Assembly: GCA_036000945.1 (NCBI GenBank)
Contig: DASYUS010000083.1
Span: 1-38,295, forward strand
From: Stellaceae bacterium
GTDB taxonomy: Bacteria; Pseudomonadota; Alphaproteobacteria; ATCC43930; CGMCC-115725
DNA length: 38,295 nt
Direction: 5' to 3'
Position 1 is the stretch's first letter; every line of letters starts with the position of its first letter. The notes below the pieces were generated by a model. The model did not search any database. It saw only the letters and a program-made list of their open reading frames with translations, and had not been told where the DNA came from. Positions 24,615 through 32,256 of the stretch are shown piece by piece. Position numbers and translations under genes: made by a program.

Positions 24615-26561
24615 ATGTGCGGCATCGGCGGCATCGCCTCGCTCGACGGGGCGGCGATCCCCAATCTCGGTGGCACGCTCGCGCTGATCGGCCAGATGGT
24701 CGCCCATCGCGGACCCGACGGCGACGGTGTCTGGGCGGCGGCATCGGGCCGGGCTGGGCTCGCCCACCGCCGCCTGGCGATCATTGATTTGAGCGAGGCC
24801 GCCGGTCAGCCGATGGTCGCGCCGGGGCCGGTCGCCATCACCTACAACGGCGAGATCTACAACTACCGCGAGCTGCGCCGGGAATTGGCGCCGAATTGGG
24901 ATTTCCACACGAATTCCGACACCGAATGCATCCTCGCCGCTTACGCCCGTTACGGCGCCACCTGCCTCGACCACCTGCGCGGCATGTTTGCCTTCGCGCT
25001 GTGGGACGAGCGCGCGCAGCGCCTGTTCTGTGCGCGTGACCGCTTCGGCATCAAGCCGTTCTACTACACAGTTGTTGCAAATTGTTTCCTCTTTGCCTCC
25101 GAGGCCAAGGCACTGCTGCCGTTCCTCCCGGACATCGCGACCGACCCTGCCGCCCTCGCCGAATATCTGACGTTTCAGCACACGATCGGCGAAGACACGT
25201 TGTTCCACGGCGTCAAGCAGCTGATGCCGGGCCATGCGCTCTGTGTCGAAAATGGCCGGGTCCGCGTCTGGCGCTACTGGGATGTGCGCTACGAGATCGA
25301 TTTCGAGCACAACGAGCGCTATTTCGAGCGCCGCCTGGTCGAGCTGCTCGACGACACGGTGCGCCTGCATCTGCGCAGCGACGTGCCGGTCGGCGCCTAT
25401 GTGTCCGGCGGCGTCGATTCGAGCCTCATTGCCATCCTCGCCGGCAAGACCGAGCGCGGCCTCGCCGACTGTTTTCACGGCCGTTTCACCGAGTTCCCGG
25501 GCTACGACGAGAGCGCATACGCCGAGGCAGCGGTCGCGCGTGCCGGCGCCCGGCTGCACACGGTCGACATCACGGCGCGAGATTTCCGCGACCGCATCGG
25601 CGACATCATCTACCACCTCGATTTCCCGGTGGCCGGCCCCGGTTCCTTCCCGCAGTTCATGGTGTCGGAGCTGGCCGCGCGCCATGTCAAGGTGGTGCTG
25701 GGCGGGCAGGGCGGCGACGAGGTGTTCGGCGGCTACGCGCGCTACCTGCTTGCCTATTTCGAGCAGTGCATCAAGGCGGCGCTCGACGGCACCTACAAAA
25801 ACGGCAACTTTGTCGTGACGATCGAGTCGATCGTGCCGAACCTCGGCCTCTTGCGCGAATACAAGCCGCTGATGGCGGAATTCTGGCGCGAGGGACTGTT
25901 CGGCGCGCTCGACGAACGCTATTTCCGCCTCATCGACCGCTCAACGGACATGGGGAACGAGGTCGATTGGGCGCTGCTCGACAAGCCGCGCGTATTCGAA
26001 TCATTCCGCGCGATCTTCAACAATAACAACAACGTGCAGAAAGAAGCCTACTTCGACAAGATGACGCATTTCGATTTCAAATGCCTGCTGCCGGCGTTGT
26101 TGCAGGTCGAGGACCGGATGAGCATGGCGCATGGCCTCGAAAGCCGGGTGCCGCTGCTCGACCATCCGCTTATCGAGTTTCTCGCGACGGTGCCGGCCGA
26201 TGTGAAATTCGCCGGCGGCCGGATGAAACATCTATTGAAGCTCGCCTACGGCCATCAGCTGCCTCCCGCGATCGCCGAGCGGCGCGACAAGATGGGGTTC
26301 CCGGTGCCGTTGAAGGAGTGGGTCGCGGGCGAGCTGAAGGATCTCGTCCACGACATTTTCCGCAGCCGGAACGCCCGTGAGCGCCCGTTTCTCAATGCTG
26401 ATGCGGTGCTCGCAAACATCGGCGGCTCCCACCCGTTTTCGCGCAAGCTGTGGGGCCTCTTGAGCCTCGAACTGTGGCACCAGATGTTTCACGACCGCGC
26501 TGCCGAATACCGCCGCATGCTGACCGCTACGCCAGATGTTGCAACGGCGGCGGAAGGCTGA
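24615..26561 (+). CDS. Asparagine synthase (glutamine-hydrolysing)-family amidotransferase, glycan-locus type (WbpS-like)
   Basis: MCGIGG carries the Ntn Cys2. HRGPDG, NGEIYNY, and SGGVDSS (PP-loop) are present. 648 aa. Confidence 0.88.
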   Translation: MCGIGGIASLDGAAIPNLGGTLALIGQMVAHRGPDGDGVWAAASGRAGLAHRRLAIIDLSEAAGQPMVAPGPVAITYNGEIYNYRELRRELAPNWDFHTNSDTECILAAYARYGATCLDHLRGMFAFALWDERAQRLFCARDRFGIKPFYYTVVANCFLFASEAKALLPFLPDIATDPAALAEYLTFQHTIGEDTLFHGVKQLMPGHALCVENGRVRVWRYWDVRYEIDFEHNERYFERRLVELLDDTVRLHLRSDVPVGAYVSGGVDSSLIAILAGKTERGLADCFHGRFTEFPGYDESAYAEAAVARAGARLHTVDITARDFRDRIGDIIYHLDFPVAGPGSFPQFMVSELAARHVKVVLGGQGGDEVFGGYARYLLAYFEQCIKAALDGTYKNGNFVVTIESIVPNLGLLREYKPLMAEFWREGLFGALDERYFRLIDRSTDMGNEVDWALLDKPRVFESFRAIFNNNNNVQKEAYFDKMTHFDFKCLLPALLQVEDRMSMAHGLESRVPLLDHPLIEFLATVPADVKFAGGRMKHLLKLAYGHQLPPAIAERRDKMGFPVPLKEWVAGELKDLVHDIFRSRNARERPFLNADAVLANIGGSHPFSRKLWGLLSLELWHQMFHDRAAEYRRMLTATPDVATAAEG

Positions 26562-26592
26562 ACTTGGGCTTGAATACGGAGAGTTACCCGTC

Positions 26593-27531
26593 ATGAAAGT
26601 GTTTGTGACCGGCGGATCGGGCCTGGTCGGCTCGACGATCATCGATTTGTTGCTGGCGCGCGGCGACAGAGTTGTTGCAATCGACAATTTCGCCACCGGG
26701 CGGCGCGACAACCTGGTCCCGCATCCAAGCCTGACGCTGGTCGAGGACAGCATCGTCGATGCCGCGACCGTCGACCGGCTGATCGGCGACTTCCGCCCCG
26801 ACATCGTCATCCACACCGCCGCCTCCTACAAGGACCCGGACGACTGGCAGGGCGATGCGCTGACCAATTGCGTCGGCAGCGCCAATGTAGCGCAGGCGTG
26901 CAAGACCCATAAGGTCGGGCGGCTCATCTATTTCCAGACTGCACTGTGCTACGGCACCAACCCGCGCGAGCAGCCGATCACGCTCGATCACCCGATCGAT
27001 CCGGGCGCCAGCAGCTATGCGATCTCGAAGACGGCCGGCGAGCAGTACATCGCGCTGAGCGGCGTCGACTGGATCACCTTTCGCCTCGCCAACGTTGTCG
27101 GCCCACGCAATGTCAGCGGGCCGCTGCCGATCTTTTTCGACCGTCTGGCGCAAGGCAAACGCTGTTTCGTCACCCCGGCGCGCCGCGATTTCGTGTTTGT
27201 CGGCGACCTCGCCGGCGCGGTGCTGCAGGCCGCCGACGGCACCGGCAGCGGGACCTACCATTTCTCCTCGGGCCGCGATGTCGCGATCAAGGAGCTTTAC
27301 GATTCGGTGGTGCGGGCGATGCAGCTCAACGCCTATCCCGAACCGGAAATCCGCCCGCTCGGCGCCGACGAGGCACCGACGATCCTCTTGGACCCGAGCC
27401 GCACCTTCCGCGACTTCGGCGAGATCCGCTTCACCCCGCTCGACGAAATCACCGAGAAAGCCGTCGCCTATTACCGCGAATACGGCGCCGTCGGCGGCTA
27501 CACCCACCTGAAGAGCGGCAAGGATGGCTGA
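26593..27531 (+). CDS. Extended-SDR NAD-dependent epimerase/dehydratase
   Basis: VFVTGGSGLVGS and SSYAISKTAGE (YxxxK) are present. 312 aa. Confidence 0.82.
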   Translation: MKVFVTGGSGLVGSTIIDLLLARGDRVVAIDNFATGRRDNLVPHPSLTLVEDSIVDAATVDRLIGDFRPDIVIHTAASYKDPDDWQGDALTNCVGSANVAQACKTHKVGRLIYFQTALCYGTNPREQPITLDHPIDPGASSYAISKTAGEQYIALSGVDWITFRLANVVGPRNVSGPLPIFFDRLAQGKRCFVTPARRDFVFVGDLAGAVLQAADGTGSGTYHFSSGRDVAIKELYDSVVRAMQLNAYPEPEIRPLGADEAPTILLDPSRTFRDFGEIRFTPLDEITEKAVAYYREYGAVGGYTHLKSGKDG

Positions 27532-28606
27532 TCTGGGCAATGTAACAGGAGGGTTTGCGAACGCGGCGGTGCTGGTTGTCGGCGGCGCCGGGTTTGTCGG
27601 CGGCGCGCTGGTCCGCCTTCTGCTGGAAGCACAGCCGCGCCGGGTGACGATCGTCGACAACCTCCTCTCCGCCGACATCGGCAATGTGCCGGAGCACCCC
27701 GCGGTCGACTTCGCCCTCGGCTCGATCGCCGACGACCGCATCCTGGCGGCCCTGCCGCGCGACCTCGATTACGCCTTTCACCTCGCCTGCTACCACGGCA
27801 ACCAGTCCTCGATCCACGACCCGCTCGCCGACCACCAGAACAACACGCTGACCTCATTGAAGCTGTTCGATCACCTCAAGGATTTTCGCTCGCTGCGGAA
27901 GGTCGTCTATGCCGCCGCCGGCTGCGCCGTCGCCGAGAAGACCTTCGGCGACGCCGCCGCGACGCCGGAAGACGCGCCCGTGTCGCTGTTTCACGACAGC
28001 CCCTATTCGATCTCGAAACTGATCGGCGAGATGTACGGCAATTATTATTTCACCCGCCACGGGCTGCCGTTCGTCAGGGCCCGCTTCCAGAACGTCTACG
28101 GCCCCGGCGAGATCCTCGGCGCCGGGCGTTGGCGCGGCACGCCGCACACGGTGTGGCGCAACGTGACGCCGGTTTTCATCTGGAAGGCGCTGCATCACGC
28201 GGCGCTGCCGGTCGAGAACGGCGGCTCCGCCGGCCGCGACTTCATCTTTGTCAACGACATCGCGCGCGGCCTTGTCGCCTGCGCCGAGCGCGGCGCCCCG
28301 GGTGAGGCCTACAACCTCGCCTCCGGGGTCGAGACCCGCATCCTCGACCTTGCGACGCTGATCAACGAGCTGACCCAAAACCCGACGCCGATCGCCCTCG
28401 CGCCGGCCCGCGACTGGGATCATTCCGGCCGGCGCTTCGGCGACCCGACAAAGGCCAAAGAACAGCTCGGCTTTGTCGCCGGGACCGCGCTGCGTGACGG
28501 CCTCGCCGAGACGATCGCCTGGACCCGCGCCAACCGCGACACGATCCGGCGCTGCATGCTGCAGCACACCCGCTTCGTCCCGGGTCTGCGCGAAGCGGTC
28601 GGATGA
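27524..28606 (+). CDS. Extended-SDR NAD-dependent epimerase/dehydratase
   Basis: VLVVGGAGFVGGAL and SPYSISKLIGE (YxxxK) are present. 360 aa. It overlaps the upstream gene by 8 nt and the downstream gene by ATGA. Confidence 0.82.
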   Translation: MADLGNVTGGFANAAVLVVGGAGFVGGALVRLLLEAQPRRVTIVDNLLSADIGNVPEHPAVDFALGSIADDRILAALPRDLDYAFHLACYHGNQSSIHDPLADHQNNTLTSLKLFDHLKDFRSLRKVVYAAAGCAVAEKTFGDAAATPEDAPVSLFHDSPYSISKLIGEMYGNYYFTRHGLPFVRARFQNVYGPGEILGAGRWRGTPHTVWRNVTPVFIWKALHHAALPVENGGSAGRDFIFVNDIARGLVACAERGAPGEAYNLASGVETRILDLATLINELTQNPTPIALAPARDWDHSGRRFGDPTKAKEQLGFVAGTALRDGLAETIAWTRANRDTIRRCMLQHTRFVPGLREAVG

Positions 28607-29682
28607 CGCGCTTCCGCATCCTGACGGTCGTCGGCGCGCGGCCGCAATTCGTCAAGGCGGCGGCGATCTCGCGCGCCGTCGCTGCACGCAGCGATGTCGA
28701 GGAAATCCTCGTGCACACCGGGCAGCATTTCGATCCCGGCATGTCGGCCGTCTTCTTCGAAGAACTCGGCATCGCTGCGCCGCGCGTCAACCTCGGCATC
28801 CACGGCGGCAATCACGGCGAAATGACCGGCCGAATGCTGGCCGGCATCGAGGAGGTCATCGTGGCCGAGCGCCCCAATCTGGTGCTCGTCCCTGGCGACA
28901 CCAATTCGACGCTGGCGGGCGCCCTGGCGGCGGCCAAGCTGCACGTACCGGTCGCCCATCTCGAAGCCGGGCTGCGCTCGTTCAACCGCGCGATGCCGGA
29001 AGAGATCAACCGCGTCCTCGCGGACCACCTGAGCACGCTGCTCTTTTGTCCGACCGAGACCGCGATCGCCAATCTGCGGCGCGAGGGCATCGTCGACGGC
29101 GTCCACGACATCGGCGACGTGATGTACGACGCGACGCTGTTCGCCGCCGCTGCGGCGCGCCGCTCCGCCGTGCTCGACCGGCTCGGCCTCGCCGACCGGC
29201 CTTACGCGGTTGCGACCGTGCACCGCGCCGAGAACACCGACGACCGCGACATACTGGCGGCGATCGTTGCGTATCTGCGCGAGCGTGCCCAGGATCATCC
29301 GGTGGTGCTGCCATTGCACCCGCGCACGCAGCGGCAGATCGCGCATTGGCATCTCGATCTCGCCCCGATCCTTGTCTGCGAGCCGCTCGGCTATGTCGAC
29401 ATGCACCGGCTCCTGCAATCTTCCGCCGCCGTCTACACCGATTCGGGCGGGCTGCAGAAGGAGGCATATTTCCACCGCGTGCCGTGCGTCACCTTGCGCC
29501 GCGAGACCGAATGGGTCGAGACCGTGGCTTCGGGCTGGAACCGGCTGTGGCAGGGACCGGACTACGCGCCGCGCCGCGACATCGCGGCCTATGGCGACGG
29601 CCACGCCGCCGAAAAGGCCATCGATATCATCGCTGCCTATCTCGAATGCCGGGCGACAGTGTCATCCGCACCGTCGTCCTGA
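28603..29682 (+). CDS. wecB: UDP-N-acetylglucosamine 2-epimerase family, non-hydrolysing (WecB/WbpI-like)
   Basis: VVGARPQFVKAAAISRA, VHTGQHFD, HLEAGLRSF and DSGGLQKEAYF are the family motifs. Confidence 0.88.
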   Translation: MTRFRILTVVGARPQFVKAAAISRAVAARSDVEEILVHTGQHFDPGMSAVFFEELGIAAPRVNLGIHGGNHGEMTGRMLAGIEEVIVAERPNLVLVPGDTNSTLAGALAAAKLHVPVAHLEAGLRSFNRAMPEEINRVLADHLSTLLFCPTETAIANLRREGIVDGVHDIGDVMYDATLFAAAAARRSAVLDRLGLADRPYAVATVHRAENTDDRDILAAIVAYLRERAQDHPVVLPLHPRTQRQIAHWHLDLAPILVCEPLGYVDMHRLLQSSAAVYTDSGGLQKEAYFHRVPCVTLRRETEWVETVASGWNRLWQGPDYAPRRDIAAYGDGHAAEKAIDIIAAYLECRATVSSAPSS

Positions 29683-30857
29683 CGGTGCGCTATGGCGTCA
29701 GGGCCTCCTATTACGAGGATTGGCTCGACGCCTTCAACGCCTCGCCGGCCTTTGCGGTAACGGCATTCAACCTGTTCGGCCGCGCCGAGCGACGGGCGGC
29801 GCGGCGCGCAATCGCCGATGCCGAGCTGGTCGTCGCGCTGCACGCGTGCTCGGCCGACACGCTGCGCTTCATCGCGCCGCTCGGCGAGGCGCTCAAGGCG
29901 CGGCGCGGCCGCTTCCTGATGCTGGTCGGCAACGAATACAACCTGCCGTGGATGCGGCTTGCCGACAAACGCGATTTTCTGCGCACGGTCGGCGCCGATT
30001 GGGTCGCGACGCAGATGCCGCTGGAAGCCGGGCAGTGGCTTTATAACGGCACCGGCGCCGCCGTGCTTGCCCTGCCGCACGCCGCCAACGAGCAGGTGTT
30101 TCGTCGCCTCACGCCGGACGCGGCGCGGCCGATCGACATCGGCGGGCGCAGCTTTCGCTACCCCGTCTATGTCGGCGACGACGAGCGCAACCGCGTTTAC
30201 GACCGCATCGCCGAACTCGGCCGCGCAGCGGGCCTGCGCCTCGACATCGCCAACAACGCCCGTCTCGACCGGCCGCTATGGGCGGCCTTCCTCGACGGCT
30301 GCCGTGCGACGATCGGCACCGAGGCCGGCAGCTGGTATCTCGAGCGCGATGACCGCACTGCGCTGGCGATCCGCGACTTCCTCGCCGCCCGCGCGCGCGC
30401 GCCGACGATCCGCGCCGACGGCTGGCTGCATGGCGCGACGCGGCATCTGCCCTATGGCATCAAAGAGCGGCTCAAGGCGCTCCTGGCGCTGACCCCGCTG
30501 CACCACGAGGCGCTGGATGCCGGCGACGACGACTTTGCCGAAATCCACGCCCGCTTCTTTGCCGGCCGGCCGCGCTGCCCGGCCTATTCGAAAGCGATCT
30601 CTTCGCGGCATTTCGAGGCGGCGGCGACCGGCACCTGCCAGATCATGGTCCGCGGACGTTACAACGACATCCTCGAAGCCGACCGGCACTACATCGCGCT
30701 CGCCCCGGATCTCGCCGATGCTTCAGAGGCGCTCGCCCGGTTCCAGGACCCGGCCGAGCGGCGCCGCATCGCCGACGCCGCCTACGCCCTCGTCCATGAC
30801 GCGCACACCTACCGCCACCGCCTCGCCGCTCTCCACGCCGCCGTCACCGCGGCCTGA
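29646..30857 (+). CDS. CgeB-like (Glyco_trans_1_2-type) putative glycosyltransferase, paralogue 2
   Basis: ISSRHFEAAATGTCQIMVRGRYNDILEADRHYIAL...DAHTYRHRLAAL resembles the CgeB-type C-terminal domain. The start at ATG 29646 overlaps wecB by 37 nt; the alternative is GTG 29685. The upstream part of ORF 28473..30857 is a shadow frame. Confidence 0.6.
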   Translation: MPGDSVIRTVVLTVRYGVRASYYEDWLDAFNASPAFAVTAFNLFGRAERRAARRAIADAELVVALHACSADTLRFIAPLGEALKARRGRFLMLVGNEYNLPWMRLADKRDFLRTVGADWVATQMPLEAGQWLYNGTGAAVLALPHAANEQVFRRLTPDAARPIDIGGRSFRYPVYVGDDERNRVYDRIAELGRAAGLRLDIANNARLDRPLWAAFLDGCRATIGTEAGSWYLERDDRTALAIRDFLAARARAPTIRADGWLHGATRHLPYGIKERLKALLALTPLHHEALDAGDDDFAEIHARFFAGRPRCPAYSKAISSRHFEAAATGTCQIMVRGRYNDILEADRHYIALAPDLADASEALARFQDPAERRRIADAAYALVHDAHTYRHRLAALHAAVTAA

Positions 30858-30876
30858 GGGTGGGGCGAGGGGGAGA

Positions 30877-31425
30877 TCAGGCGGCGGCGGTTGCGCGCAG
30901 ACGGTCGACCTTGGCGTAAGCGGCAGGGCCGGGCCAGTCTTCGGCGAGCCACCCCGGGAGCGGGGCACCAGCAGCGGAGAGCGGCAGGCGCTCGTCTTCG
31001 TCGCCGCGGCCGTTGGGGAAGAGCGCGAGGGCGTTCGGCATCTCGTAATAGATTTCGAGGCCGTTGCCGTCGGGGTCGGCGAAATACAGGCTGCGCTGGC
31101 AGACGTGGTCGATCGCGCGCTGGATCTCGACGCCCTGGTCGAGGAGGTGCGCGTAGGCCTCGCGCAGCGCGGCGTAACTCCCGACCTTGAAGGCGATGTG
31201 GACGAGGCCGAGGCCGCCGCGCTCGGGGCGCGACGCGTCCTGCGCCGCCGGATGCTGGGTGATGTCGAGCGCGTGAAAGCCGTCACCCAAGGTCATGAAG
31301 ACGCCGCCGTGCTCCGGGTCCTGCTCGGCGACTTGGAAGCCGAGCACGTCGCGATAGAAGCGCTTGGAAGCCTCCTCGTCGGCGACCCTGAGGAGGACGT
31401 GGCCGATGCCCGCCAGCTTGATCAT
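30877..31425 (-). CDS. VOC-family (glyoxalase / extradiol dioxygenase-like) protein
   Basis: GIGHVLLRVADEEASKRFYRDVLGF and HIAFKV...LYFADPDGNGLEIY are present. The start at 31425 is preceded by GGGAGAG. The longer ORF to 32121 is antisense to two real genes. Confidence 0.78.
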   Translation of the reverse strand: MIKLAGIGHVLLRVADEEASKRFYRDVLGFQVAEQDPEHGGVFMTLGDGFHALDITQHPAAQDASRPERGGLGLVHIAFKVGSYAALREAYAHLLDQGVEIQRAIDHVCQRSLYFADPDGNGLEIYYEMPNALALFPNGRGDEDERLPLSAAGAPLPGWLAEDWPGPAAYAKVDRLRATAAA

Positions 31426-31503
31426 CAGAAACTCTCCCGCTTCGGCTCGAGGTCGATTTGCCATATTAGCGCAGCCTCGCGGCCGGCGGTATAAGGTTGG
31501 CCG

Positions 31504-31842
31504 ATGGCCTACGAAACCTATCGCGTCGAAGCGACCCGCGACGAGACGCGCGACGGCGGCGTGGTGGCGATCGAGATCACCGCCTATCTCGACCGCGTGC
31601 CGGAAACCGATCTGCCGACGCGCAGGATGCTGACGCGCGCCGCGCGTGGGGTGTGGAACAGCAGGCTGCAATTCACCGGCGATTTCGATACGCTGGGCGA
31701 GGCGCTGGCGGCGATCGAGGCGACCTATCCGGACGCCGCGCGCATCCGCTGCTATGAATATACCGTCGACGACGAATACGCCCGCGAGGTCGCGCCGCTG
31801 GTCAAATCGGGCGACACGTGGCGGCCCGGCGACGCACTTTGA
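31504..31842 (+). CDS. Hypothetical protein (112 aa, acidic)
   Basis: The frame has high GC3 and ordinary amino-acid composition. It fills the gap between two VOC genes. I recognise no family. Confidence 0.5.
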   Translation: MAYETYRVEATRDETRDGGVVAIEITAYLDRVPETDLPTRRMLTRAARGVWNSRLQFTGDFDTLGEALAAIEATYPDAARIRCYEYTVDDEYAREVAPLVKSGDTWRPGDAL

Positions 31843-31872
31843 GGTACGCGCAACGCTGCAACGGAGGACAAC

Positions 31873-32256
31873 ATGGCGATCTTCACGCATGTCGCGGTCG
31901 GCACCAACGATCTGGCGAAGGCGCGCCAATTCTACGACGCGGTGCTGGCGCCGCTCGGATGCAAGCGCCTCAAGGACTTCGGCGACAACGGATCGTGCTG
32001 GGGCGCGACGACCGAGGAATTCATGGTGCTGAAACCGGCCAACGGTCAGCCCGCGACGTTTGCCAATGGCGGCACGATCAGCTTCGAGGCGCCAAGTCGG
32101 GCGGCGGTTGCGGCGTTCCACAAGGCAGCGCTCGATCTCGGCGCCAAGGACGAGGGCGCGGTCGGGCCGCGCGGCTTCTGGCCGAACGCCTATGCCGGCT
32201 ACGTCCGCGACCTCGACGGCAACAAACTGGCTTGCTACTGCCGCAAAGCGGAATAG
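31873..32256 (+). CDS. VOC-family (glyoxalase/bleomycin-resistance-like) protein
   Basis: MAIFTHVAVGTNDLAKARQFYDAVLAPLG and YAGYVRDLDGNKL are present. 127 aa. Confidence 0.8.
   Translation: MAIFTHVAVGTNDLAKARQFYDAVLAPLGCKRLKDFGDNGSCWGATTEEFMVLKPANGQPATFANGGTISFEAPSRAAVAAFHKAALDLGAKDEGAVGPRGFWPNAYAGYVRDLDGNKLACYCRKAE

Noticed and set aside
28473-29645. Upstream extension of ORF 28473..30857 (794 aa)
   Set aside because: The extension overlaps the SDR and wecB genes in another frame and is Arg/Ala/Pro-rich. Similarity to paralogue 1 begins at the Met at 29646.
15490-30857. Glycan locus as a horizontally acquired genomic island or mobile element
   Set aside because: There is no integrase, transposase, tRNA anchor or flanking direct repeats. 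By eye the GC and codon style resemble the flanks except in membrane-protein genes. I could not compute compositional statistics, so I make no island call.
31426-32121. N-terminal extension of the minus-strand ORF 30877..32121
   Set aside because: It is antisense to the 31504 ORF and the 31873 VOC gene and has an Arg-rich translation. The VOC domain starts at Met 31425, which has a good upstream GGGAGAG.
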